Shown: piece by piece, positions 29,056 through 41,574 of the stretch
Layout: each line of letters begins with the position of its first letter
How positions within the stretch are numbered: position 1 is the first letter of the stretch
Assembly: GCF_006345805.1 (NCBI RefSeq)
Contig: NW_021836300.1
Location: 1 to 64,000 of the forward strand
Direction: 5' to 3'
Origin: Octopus sinensis
Taxonomy: Eukaryota
Length of the DNA: 64,000 nt
Made by a program: the position numbers and the translations under genes
The notes under the pieces: generated by a model
Database searches by the model: none
The model's input: only the letters and a program-made list of their open reading frames with translations
Told to the model about the DNA's origin: nothing

Positions 29056-29527
29056 TAGAGATAAAACCACAATTAGGCAAATCAAACAGTGAAAAACATA
29101 AACCAAAACATAGAAATAAATTAATTAATTAAAAATTCTTTTTAAATTTTAACTTTAAATTTAAATAATTTAAATTTTGAATTTTATATTTTATATATTT
29201 TGTATATTATATTAATTAATTTATTTCTATGTATTGATTTATGTTTTTCACTTTGATTTGCCTAATAGTGGTTTTATCTCTAATTTATATATATATTTAT
29301 ACTGTAAAATTAGATTTAATCCTAAATCTAATTTTCCCCTGTAAGTTTGGATTTACTCCCTAATAATATATATATATATATATAGACATAATACATAAGG
29401 TAATAATAAATTATTATTACCAGTGGCCTAGCACAAAAAACGAATTAGTCATTAGACTATATATTATTCATATAGAAATACAAGAAGAGGCTTCCAAATA
29501 GGAAAGCGTTGTGCACAACGCTTATTG

Positions 29528-29564
<37 letters not shown>

Positions 29565-32500
29565 AGAGTTTACGAAAAAAAACAAAAGACGAAGACAGGT
29601 GGTGTACAAAACAAACAGATGTATTAGTATAACGCTCAGGAATAGAAAAAGTCTTTTACGTTTCGAGCCTATGCTCTTCTACAGAAAGGGACACAGAAAA
29701 AACAAGGAGAGAAACAAGGAGAGAAAAAAATGTGTGTAGTGGCTAACGATCTATATGCATGTGTGTAGTAGAAATGTATACAAATATACAGTTATACATC
29801 ACGGGACAGTACATTATATATATATATATATATATATATTCAATATATGAATGAGGTATTGAAAGTCACAAAAATGACAAAACACTGATGTATAACACTC
29901 CTGCAATAGGACTTGATGTGAGTTATCTTGCTTAACTATGACTTCCAGGTGTTAACACCAGGTAAATTGATGGAATATATTCTCTTATGCCTATAATCGT
30001 AGCCTGCTCACGAACTGACAAAACACATACCTTGTGTATGTACATTCGATATTGTTTATATATATGCATATCGTTTATAAATGAATTAGATTGTGTTTTG
30101 ATTTCAGCATCTTTTGGACAGAACTGCTCTTTTCAGCAGTGACAGTAGTGCTGAAGGGATGAAAATATTACAGAATAGCATGAAAGTAGAAAAAAATGAC
30201 AGGATAAATAAATGTAACAGGTAAATTATGATTGTATTTTGACATGGATGAAACATTGGCACATACAATGTAATATAAAAGGAATATATATATATCTATA
30301 CAAAGTACCTTGGATTTCAGAACAACCCGCTGTGCTTGAGGAGACCTATTGAGTCAAGTACATGAACATCGAAATAAATATCAAATGGAAATGGTAGTTG
30401 TGATACCTGTGCCGGTGGCACATAAAAAGCACCATCCGAACGTGGATGATGCCAGTGCCGCCCTCGACTGGCTTCTGTGCCGGTGGCACATAAAAAGCAC
30501 CATCCGAATGTGGCTGATGCCAGCCCTGCCTCGACTGGCTTCTGTGCTGGTGGCATGTAAAAAGCATCATCCGAGCGTGACCGATGCCAGCGCCGCCTTG
30601 ACTGGCTTCTGCGCTGGTGGCACGTAAAAAGCACCATCCGAGCGTGACCAATGCCAGCGCCGCCTTGACTGGCTTCTGTGCTGGTGGCACGTAAAAAGCA
30701 CCATCTGAGCGTGACCAATGCCAGCGCCGCCTTGACTGGCTTCCGTGCCGGTCGCACGTTAAAAGCACCAACCGATCGTGGCCGCTGCCAGACACCCCTG
30801 GCACCTGTGCTGGTGGCACATAAAAAGCACCCACTACACTCACAGAGTGGTTGGCGTTAGGAAGGGCATCCAGCTGTAGAAACACTGCTAGATCAGACTG
30901 GAGCCTGGTGCAGCCTCCTGGCTTCCCAGACCCCGGTTGAACCGTCCAACCCATGCTAGCATGGAAAGCGGATGTTAAACGATGATGATGATGATGATAC
31001 TAGCTTAAAAGCCACACTATGTGCAAGCTCTTAAGCTAGTTCCTGTGGCCCCAAACTAAAGAGAGCTAAATAGCATGACTGTATGTCCCTAATGACTATA
31101 GGCCCCTGTGGTGTTGGATCAGGGGTTAAGGACAGACAAGAATTAATTCTGTAACGTAATCATTCTATTGTTTTGTTTGTTTGTCCCTTCTCGAGCCATA
31201 CCTGGCTCATGAGGGCCGGTTTCCCAGTTTCCTTGGTGTATAGGTTCCTCACCTGGACGGGACGCCGATCCGTCACAGGTGGGCTGCAAGATGCAGGAGC
31301 AAAGAGTGATAGAAAGTTGTGTGCTGGAGCCATGTGGAGATTAGATGTTTAGCTCATAAACACACACATCGCCCGGTCTGAGATTCAAACCCGCGATCCC
31401 TCGACCGCGAGTTCGCTGCTGTAACCACCAGGCCATGTGCCTCCACTAATAATTCTATTGATCCAGTCTCAAGTTGAATTCTAACTGTTGGCCACAGTTT
31501 CGAAGTAGGTGAGAAACCATCATCATCATTATCATTTAACGTCCATTGTCCATGCTGGCATTGGTGGAATAGCTTGACCAGGGTTGATAAGCTGAGGGGC
31601 TGCACCAGACTCCAGTCTGATTTGGTATAGTTTCTACAGCTGGATGCCCTCTGAGAGTGTAATGGGTGCTTTTATGCGCTGCCATTTGCATGACACCAGT
31701 ATCTGCCATGACTACGATTCCACTCGTCTTGATGGGTCTTCTTCTGAAGCATGGCACATCGCCAAGGGACTTGGGGGAAAATTTTCGAAAAATTCTTGGT
31801 GAAAAGTTTCGAAAAATTTTTGGTGAAAATTTTCAAAAAATTTCTGGGTAAAATTTTCGGTGATAATTCTCGAAAATTTCTTTTCCGGCTAAAATTTTCG
31901 AAAAATTGTTGGTGAAAATTTTTGGGTAAAATTTTCGAAAAATTTTTAGGTAAAATTTTCGAAAAATTTTGGGGGAAAATTTTCGGTGATTATTTTTGAA
32001 AAATTTTGAGGGAAAATTTTCGATAAATTTCTGGGTAAAATGCTTGAAAGGTGCTTTTTACATGCCACTGGCATGGGTGCTAGTTATGTGACACTGGCAT
32101 CGGCGGCAATAATACACCAAACTCTGACATCTCCCTGAGGTTGGAGAATTCCGTTCTTTTATCACAGATGTCTTATGGAATATAGATGTGTCAGCGCAGG
32201 AGTGACTGTGTGGTAAGTAGCTTGCTAACCAACCACATGGTTCCAGGTTCAGTCCCACTGCATGGCATCTTGGGCAAGTGTCTTCTGCTATAGCCCCGGG
32301 CCGACCAATGCCTTGTGAGTGGATTTGGTAGACGGAAACTGAAAGAAGCCTGTCGTATATATATATATATATATATATATGATTTTGTATGTGTGTCTGT
32401 GTTTGTCCCCCTAGCATTGCTTGACAACCAATGCTGGTGTGTTTATGTCCCCGTCACTTAGCGGTTCAGCAAAAGAGACCGATAGAATAAGTACTGGGCT

Positions 32501-33057
32501 TACAAAGAATAAGTCCCGGGGTCGATTTGCTCGACTAAAGGCGGTGCTCCAGCATGGCCGCAGTCAACTGACTGAAACAAGTAAAAGAGTAAAAGAGTAG
32601 AAGAGTAAAAGAGAGTGACTGACTGTCTTTGTCAAAAAAAAAATTTAAAGGGAGAAATTTGACAAGACAGTCAGTCACCGGCTGACACTTGCTGACGATA
32701 CGTCAAAGAGGCCAGGGAACACAAGAAAGACATGCACCCAACACCAGAGCTGAAGACACCTCCGAAAGGCGGGGGTGTGTCACGTCAAAATGGTAGAGGA
32801 GTAGGGGCCAAAACCGGACGTGGTTCCTCCTGATGATGTCTTGAGCTAACTGGATCCTATAAAGGAGCTGTTGTGGTAGCAGACCACGAAACACAGTTGT
32901 AAATACCCTGGAATATAGATGTGGTTGTAGGCGAAGAAGCTTAGGGGACAAAACTTGCTAATGATTAAACCTGGATTTCAGAACCTTTGAAAGCATCCCT
33001 GACAACGTAGAAACACCGACAAAAACAATACATACATGCACACATATATACACACAC

Positions 33058-33116
<59 letters not shown>

Positions 33117-33148
33117 ATATATATATATACATATATATACATATATAC

Positions 33149-33187
<39 letters not shown>

Positions 33188-33218
33188 TATACATATATAC
33201 ATATACATATATATATAC

Positions 33219-33275
<57 letters not shown>

Positions 33276-33285
33276 TATATATATA

Positions 33286-33338
<53 letters not shown>

Positions 33339-33373
33339 TATATATATATACACATATATATATATATACACAT

Positions 33374-33432
<59 letters not shown>

Positions 33433-36400
33433 TGTAAACACACATGTATTACATACTGACCTATCGGTGGCACCGAGGGAGAAGGAGTAGTGGTGAGAGG
33501 CACTTTTATGATAAAGGGAGAGCAAAATTGTTTGCATTCTTGGAGACTGTGGAAACGGTTGGTATTTCCTCCACAACCACCGTAGACAAAATCTTCACAC
33601 TGCCTCGTAACCATATTGAAGTAATATTGTTTCAAGTGGGCAAGACATATCCCTGCCTCTTTTGGTTGAAAACAGATATCTGGAATGGTGGAATGGTAAA
33701 ATAGAGGAATAGCAGATTAGTGGATTGGCAGATGAATGAAATTGCAGAATGGGAGATTGGTAGAGCGTTGCTTGTAGGAATGGCAGAATGGTGGTTTAGA
33801 GGTTGGAAGGGTTGATGGAATAATGAAATGGTAAATAATGAGATGTTGGTAAGTAAGAACAGTAGAATGGTAAAGTGGTGGAATGGTAAAATAGAGGAAT
33901 AGCAGATTAGTGGATTGGCATGAATGAAATTGCAGAATGGGAGATTGGTAGAGCGTTGCTTGTAGGAATGGCAGAATGGTGGTTTAGAGGTTGGAAGGTT
34001 GTGGAATAATGAAATGTAATATAATGAGATGTTGGATAGTAAGAACAGTAGAATGGTAAAGTGGTGGAATGGTAAAATAGAGGAATAGCAGATTAGTGGA
34101 TTGGCAGATGAATGAAATTGCAGAATGGGAGATTGGTAGAGCGTTGCTTGTTGGAATGGTAGAATGGTGGTTTAGAGGTTGGAAGGGTTGATGGAATAAT
34201 GAAATGGTAAATAATGAGATGTTGGTAAGTAAGAACAGTAGAATGGTAAAGTGGTGGAATGGTAAAATAGAGGAATAGCAGATTAGTGGATTGGCAGATG
34301 AATGAAATTGCAGAATGGGAGATTGGTAGAGCGTTGCTTGTAGGAATGGCAGAATGGTGGTTTAGAGGTTGGAAGGGTTGATGGAATAATGAAATGGTAA
34401 TTAATGAGATGTTGGTAAGTAAGAACAGTAGAATGGTAAAGTGGTGGAATGGTAAAATAGAGGAATAGCAGATTAGTGGATTGGCAGATGAATGAAATTG
34501 CAGAATGGGAGATTGGTAGAGCGTTGCTTGTTGGAATGGCAGAATGGTGGTTTAGAGGTTGGAAGGGTTGATGGAATAATGAAATGGTAATTAATGAGAT
34601 GTTGGTAAGTAAGAACAGTAGAATGGTAAAGTGGTGGAATGGTAAAATAGAGGAATAGCAGATTAGTGGATTGGCAGATGAATGAATTGCAGAATGGGAG
34701 ATTGGTAGAGCGTTGCTTGTTGGAATGGCAGAATGGTGGTTTAGAGGTTGGAAGGGTTGATGGAATAATGAAATGGTAATTAATGAGATGTTGGTAAGTA
34801 AGAACAGTAGAATGGTAAAGTGGTGGAATGGTAAAATAGAGGAATAGCAGATTAGTGGATTGGCAGATGAATGAAATTGCAGAATGGGAGATTGGTAGAG
34901 CGTTGCTTGTTGGAATGGCAGAATGGTGGTTTAGAGGTTGGAAGGGTTGATGGAATAATGAAATGGTAAATAATGAGATGTTGGTAAGTAAGAACAGTAG
35001 AATGGTAAAGTGGTGGATGAACAGAATGTTGAAGTGAGGGAATGGTGGTATGGTTCCTTGGTGCATATTTTCTTCATCTTTTAACCAGGAGTGAAGGTCA
35101 GTACTCGTCTGTTTTAGAGGACCTCCAAAAATGCTAGGAAGGAAAGAAGGGACCGTAAAGGTGCCCAAGGTGCCTGGTGGTTGTATTAAACCAGTTGATT
35201 GGCAGAATGGTATAATGGTGCAGTACTAGATTAGAAAATAACAGACTGGTAGAATTAGTGAAATGGTAGAGAAGTAAAATAATGGTTGAGTGTAGAACTT
35301 ATATAATTTGAATTATACAATGTTGGAATGGTATAATGGTAGTCAGAAAGTATAATGGCAGAATACTCTGTCTGAAGAATAGTATGGCAGAATGATGAAA
35401 TAATGGAAGAAGCAGAATAGCAGAATGATAGAATGCTGAAAATAAGGGAATCATGTAATGCGTGTTTGAATGGAATGGTTAGAATTGGTAGAATAATGTT
35501 GGAATAATTGGATGGTAGAGTAGGATTGGAGGAATAACAGAATGGTAGATTTGGAGCTGAAGGAATAGCAGAATGATAAAGAATGACAGAATGCTGAAAA
35601 TAGTGGAATCATGTAATGCGTGTTTGGATGAAATGGTTAGAATTGGTAGAATAATGTTGGAATAATTGGATGGTAGTGAAGGATTGGAGGAATAACAGAA
35701 TGGTAGATTTGGAGCTGAAGGAATAGCAGAATGATAAAGAATGACAGAATGCTGAAAATAGTGGAATCATGTAATGCGTGTTTGGATGAAATGGTTAGAA
35801 TTGGTAGAATAATGTTGGAATAATTGGATGGTAGAGTAGGATTGGAGGAATAACAGAATGGTAGATTTGGTGCTGAAGGAATAGCAGAATGATAAAGCAT
35901 GTAGATGTTAGAAATAAACCTGCTGGTGCTGGGGAAGATAAGGACTTATATAGTTGTATTTAACAATGTTGGAATGGTATAATGGTAGTAAGAAAGTACA
36001 ATGATAGAATGGTAGAATGATGAAATAATGGAATAAGCAGAATAGTATTGGGTTGTCCGGAAAGTTTGTGCCGATTTTGAAAGGAAAGAAAAAGGTCAAT
36101 AAATACTTGCCATTACATTTTTAATCAACCAAATATGAACCATTTTCTTGCACAATGTGTCTCCATTTTTCCTTTAACTTGAAAATACCCTCTTCCCAGA
36201 ATTCAGGTGGTTTCATGGCAAAGAATTCATCAAGGTATCTTTTTATGTCATCTAAGGATTTTTAAAGGAAAGAAAATGGTCAATAAATGCTTGTCCTTAC
36301 ACTTTTAATCAACCAAATATGAACCATTTTCTTGCACAATGCGTCTCCATCTTTCCTTTAACTTGAAAATACCCTCTTCCCAGAATTCAGGTGGTTTCAT

Positions 36401-39400
36401 GGCAAAGAATTCATCAAGGTATCTTTTTACGTCATCCAAGGAATTGAAATTTTTACCATTAAGACTATTCTGCAGAGACCTGAATAAGTGGAAATCCGAA
36501 GGAGCAATATCTGGTGAATATGGAGGGTGGGGTAACACATCCCAGTCAGGCTGCAGCAATTTTTGTCTGGTTCCCAAAGAAATGTGAGGTCTTGCATTAT
36601 CATGTTGGGAAACAACACCCTTCCTGTTGGCCAATTCTGGATGTTTCTCTTGAATTGCTGCTTTTAACTTGTCCAGTTGTGTGCAGTATTTCTTAGAATT
36701 AATTGTTTGGTTACTTGGGAGAAGCTCATAGTACAGAATTCCTTTCCAGTCCCACCAGACACAAAGCCAGACTTTTTTAGGGTGAAGACCTGCTTTTGGG
36801 GTGGCTAAGGGTGGCTCATGTCGCTTACTCCAGGATCACTTTCTCTGAACATTTCGGTAGATAATCCATTTCTCATCACCTGTCACAATTTGCTTTAAAA
36901 AAGGTGCGTTTTCATCCCGTTTATAAAGTGAATCACAGATGGAAATGCGATCCAAAAGGTTCTTCTCACTCAACTCATGTGGTACCCAAGCATCGTAGCA
37001 ATTTGTGTACCCAAGCTTTACCAGGTGCTCATGAGCGATGGATTTTGATAGGTTGAAGCTTTCTGCCAATTCTTGGGTTGTGCAATGCGGGTTATTCTCA
37101 ATTAATGACTTGATTTGGTCATCATCTGTAGTGGATGGTCTGCCTGATCACTCTTTACCAATAAGGCTACAATCTCCAGCTCGGAACCTTGTGAACCACT
37201 TCCGTACAGTTCTTTCGGATAAAGAAACATCACCGTAAACTGCGCATATTTCTTTGGTTGCTTGTGAGCCATTTTTCCCTTTACGAAAAAAGAAAAGCAT
37301 CAGGTGCTGAAAATTAACTTTCTTATCTTCCATTTTAAAGGGTTACAGAATTAACAAAGGTTACAGGAGCATAAACGTTCTTCCACGAAAAAACAGCTTA
37401 AACTGTGCTCTAAATGGAGGTGTAGTCAAATCCTATTTTATGGACTCAACCATGTTCTAAAATAAGTCGAAAGGTAAGCTACTATAAATCGGCACAAACT
37501 TTCCGGACAACCCAATAAAATGACAGAATGCTGAAAATAGTGGAATCATGTAATGGGTGTTTGGATGAACGGATTAGAATTGGTAGAATAATGTTGGAAT
37601 AATTGGATGGTAGTGAAGGACTAGAGGAATAACAGAATGGTAGATTTTAGTCTGAAGGAATGGCAGAATGATAAAGCGTGTAGGTGTTAGATACTAACCT
37701 GCTGGCGCTGGGGAAGATAGGACGGTGGTGGTAATGGTGGTGGTGGAAGAAGGTTTTACGATAAAAAGGGAACAGAATTTCTGACAGTCTTGGAGGGAGG
37801 GAAAACGGTTGGGATTTCCCCCACAACCTCCGTACACAAATTCTTCACACTTCCTTGTAACCATATTGAAGTAATATTGATCACTGTAGGCATAACATAT
37901 TCCTGTCTCTTTTGGTAGAGAACAGATATCTGGAATGGTGGAATGGTAGAATAGCGGTTTAATGGATTTGTACAATGGTTGAGTAGTAGATTAGTGCAAT
38001 GGTAGACTTGTGCAATGGTAGAATACTCAATTAGTGATTTGGCAGAATGGTGGAATGGCACAATTGCAAATCAGTGGATTGACAGAATGGTAGAACAAGT
38101 GAATTGGCAGAATGATGGAATGGTGCATTAGCAGATTAGTAGGTTGAGTGAATTGTGGAATAATGGATTAATGAATTGGCAGAATGATGGAATGGTAAAT
38201 TAGCAGATTAGTAGGTTGAGTGAATGGTAGAATAATGGATTAATGGATTGGCAGAATGCTGGAATGATACGAATGCAGATTGGTGGAATGGTAGAATAAT
38301 GGATTAATGGATTGGCAGAATGCTGGAATGATACAAATGCAGATTGGCAGAATGGTGGAGTAGTGGATTAATGGATTAGCAGAACGATGGAATGATACAA
38401 ATATAGATTGGTGGAATGGTAGAATAGTAGATTAGTGAATTGGAATAATGAAAGAATGATGGAATGGTAGAATTGTGCATTAGTGGATGAGTAGAATGGG
38501 AGAATGACAGATTAGTGGATTGAAAGAATTGTAGATTAATGGCTTTGTAAAACTTTGGATTATTTGGATTGGCAAAATCGTTGATTAATGCCATGGTTTC
38601 CTAAAAATATTTTACTGTGGAACTCTCATCTGTTTTTCAAGGGTCATGAAGCCCTTTACCTGTATTTCATAGACAGCCCTTGCCCTCATCATTTTAAAAT
38701 AACCCCTTCAAAAAACCCTGCAACCCCTATCTTTATTTTACAAAAATTCAATAATTTCCCTAATTTTTATTTTGAAAAGACATTAAATAAAATAATTGTT
38801 TTTGAGAGAATTTATTCAACAATTTGTTATTTTGGAAATGGTAAATGAAATTGTTATTTTTCTAATGTGAACTTTTACTAAATTTTATTAAAAGTCATTT
38901 TATCTATTTCAAAACTGGAAATTTTTCATGAAACCCAGGGCTTCAGGAAATCCCATTTTGAGAAATACGGGTCCAGTCTCTTCTCACCTCATTACAGTTG
39001 TTCCATGGATATAGAAACACGAAGTAGGGTCACTTATGCGTACCTTTTCCTTCTTTGGACACTAAACTCTGTTTGTGAAGACCTGTTGAGGCAAGTGAAA
39101 TCGAAATCAAAATCAAATTCGATGACTGGCATCTGAGCTAGCAGGGTGCAAAGAGCACCATATGAGTGTAATCATTGACAGAGCGGTTAACTGGCTTCCG
39201 TGCCAGTGGCACATAAAAAACACCATTCGTCACCTGCGTCGCCTTACTGGCACTCATGCAGGTGGCACGTGAAAAAGCATTTGAGCAAGGTCGTTGCCAG
39301 TGCCGGTGGACTGGCTCCTGTGCAGATGGCACATAAAAAGCACCATTTGAGTGTGGCCGTTGCTAGTACCACCTGACTGGCCCTCGTGCCAGTGGCACGT

Positions 39401-41524
39401 AAAAGCACCCACTACACTCTTGGAGTGATTGGTGTTAGGAAGGGCATCCAGATGTAGAAACTCTGCCAGATCAGATTGGAGCCTGGCGCAGCCTTCTAGT
39501 TCGCCAGTCCTCAGCCAAATCGTCCAACCCATGCTAGCATGGAAAGCGTTAAACGATGATGATGATGAGGAGGATGACACACGGATAATGATAAATACAT
39601 AAACACGGAAGAACGATCTCAGGTCACTGAGCCTTTCAGACAAGATGACAAATTGATCCTTGTAACTTAGCAGTTACATGTGAAGGCGCGTGGCTCAGTG
39701 GTTAGAGCGTCGAGCTTACGATCGTGAGGTTGTGAGCTCGAATCCCGGACCGGGCTGCGTGTTGTGTTCTTGAGCAAGACACTTTATTTCACGTTGCTCC
39801 AGTTCACTCAGCTGTAGAAATGAGTTGCGACATCACAGGTGCCAAGCTGTATCGGTTTTTGCCTTTCCCTTGGACAACATCGGTGACGTGGAGAGGGGAG
39901 GCCGGTATGCATGGGCGACTGCTGGTCTTCCATGAAACAACCTTGCCCAGACTTGTGCCTCAGAGAGTAACTCTCTAGGTGCAAACCCATGGTCAGTGTC
40001 TGACCGAAGGGGGTCACACACAAAACTTAGCAGTTCAGCAAAAGAGTCCGTTGGGATATGTACTGAGCTTAAAAGAAAAAATAAGCCCAGGGATCGATTT
40101 GTTCAACCCAAAAACCCTTCCAGGCAGTGCTCCAGTATGGCTGCAGTCAAATGACTGAAAGAAGTAAAGTGTATAAAAAAAAGAAAAAGAAAAGATAAAT
40201 CGGCGCAGGAGTGGCTGTGTGGTAAGTAGCTTGTTTACCAACCACATGGTTCCGGGTTCAGTCCCACTGCGTGACACCTTGGGCAAGTGTCTTCTACTAT
40301 AGCCTCGGGCCGACCAAAGCCCTGTGAGTGGATTTGGTAGACGGAAACTGAAAGAAGCCCGTCGTATATATGTATATATATATGAGTGTATGTGTGTCTG
40401 TGTTTGTCCCCCTAGCATTGCTTGACAACCGATGCTGGTGTGTTTACGTCCCCGTTACTTAGCGGTTCGGCAAAAGAGACCGATAGAATAAGTACTGGGC
40501 TTACAAAAGAATAAGTCCCGGGATCGAATTGCTCGATTAAAGGCGGTGCTCCAGCATGGCCGCAGTCAAATGACTGAAACAAGTAAAAGAGTAAAGAGTA
40601 AAGAGTAGGTAAAGTTATGAGATACCTACAGGTTTTAAAGTAATCTCAATTAAAAATCTTTGTTAATTAATGTTCCTGTCACTAGTTTTACGGGATTATT
40701 TGAAACAAAGGCGGCATATTTCAACAGAAATATTCCAGTCAGATAATTCAGCTTCCAGATCTTTCCATCATGTTCTCATTCCTAAAGTATTTTTTGATGT
40801 TATTATTATTAATATTATTATTATTGAGTGAGAGAGCAGTTCATGCCATCAAAGTGACACTGGGGTAAAATATACGACGCCCAGTATACCCATCATGACT
40901 ACTCGTCTGATAAGGGTACACTAGGCACATGCATCACAAACATATGTGCGCGACATGGTGATCCCATATCAAGATAAACAGCACATGACCTTGCAGGTGG
41001 GGCCCAGTTAGAATTTTCTTCAGGTTGAGTATATTATTATTATTATTATGGCAATGGAAATTGTAGCTGTGAAAGCAGTGCCGGTGACATGTAAGAGAAC
41101 CATCCGAACGTGGCCGTTGCCAGTGCCGCCCCGACTGGCCTCCGTGCTGGTGGCATGTAAAAAGCACCATCCGATCGTGGCTGTCTGCCAGCCTCGTCTG
41201 GTACCTGTGCAGGTGGCACGTAAAAAGCACCCACTACACTCACGGAGTGGTTGGCGTTAGGAAGGGCATCCAGCTTTAGAAACACTGCCAGATCAGACTG
41301 GACCTGGCGCAGCCTTCTGGCTTCTCAGACCCCAGTTGAACCGTCCAACCCATGCTAGCATGGAAAACGGACGTTAAATGATGATGATGATGATTACTGA
41401 TTATTATTCAGGTCACTGCCTGGAATCGAACTCAGAATCTTGGGGTTAAGAGTGTGGGCTGGGCATATGGCATAGTGGTTAAGAGCACTAACTCCAAGAT
41501 TCTGAGTTTGATGAAAGGCAGTGA

Positions 41525-41574
<50 letters not shown>

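Noticed and set aside
32750-32786. CTGAAGA followed by an 8-bp hairpin and ACGTC, resembling a hammerhead
   Set aside because: No GAAA after stem II and no stem I pairing.
34473-35168. 231-aa minus-strand ORF
   Set aside because: Mostly the 190-bp satellite; the unique start has no convincing splice sites or domain similarity.
41398-41540. Hairpin between (ATT)n and (AAT)n tracts
   Set aside because: Explained by two partial copies of a common SINE end in opposite orientation; no ribozyme core seen.
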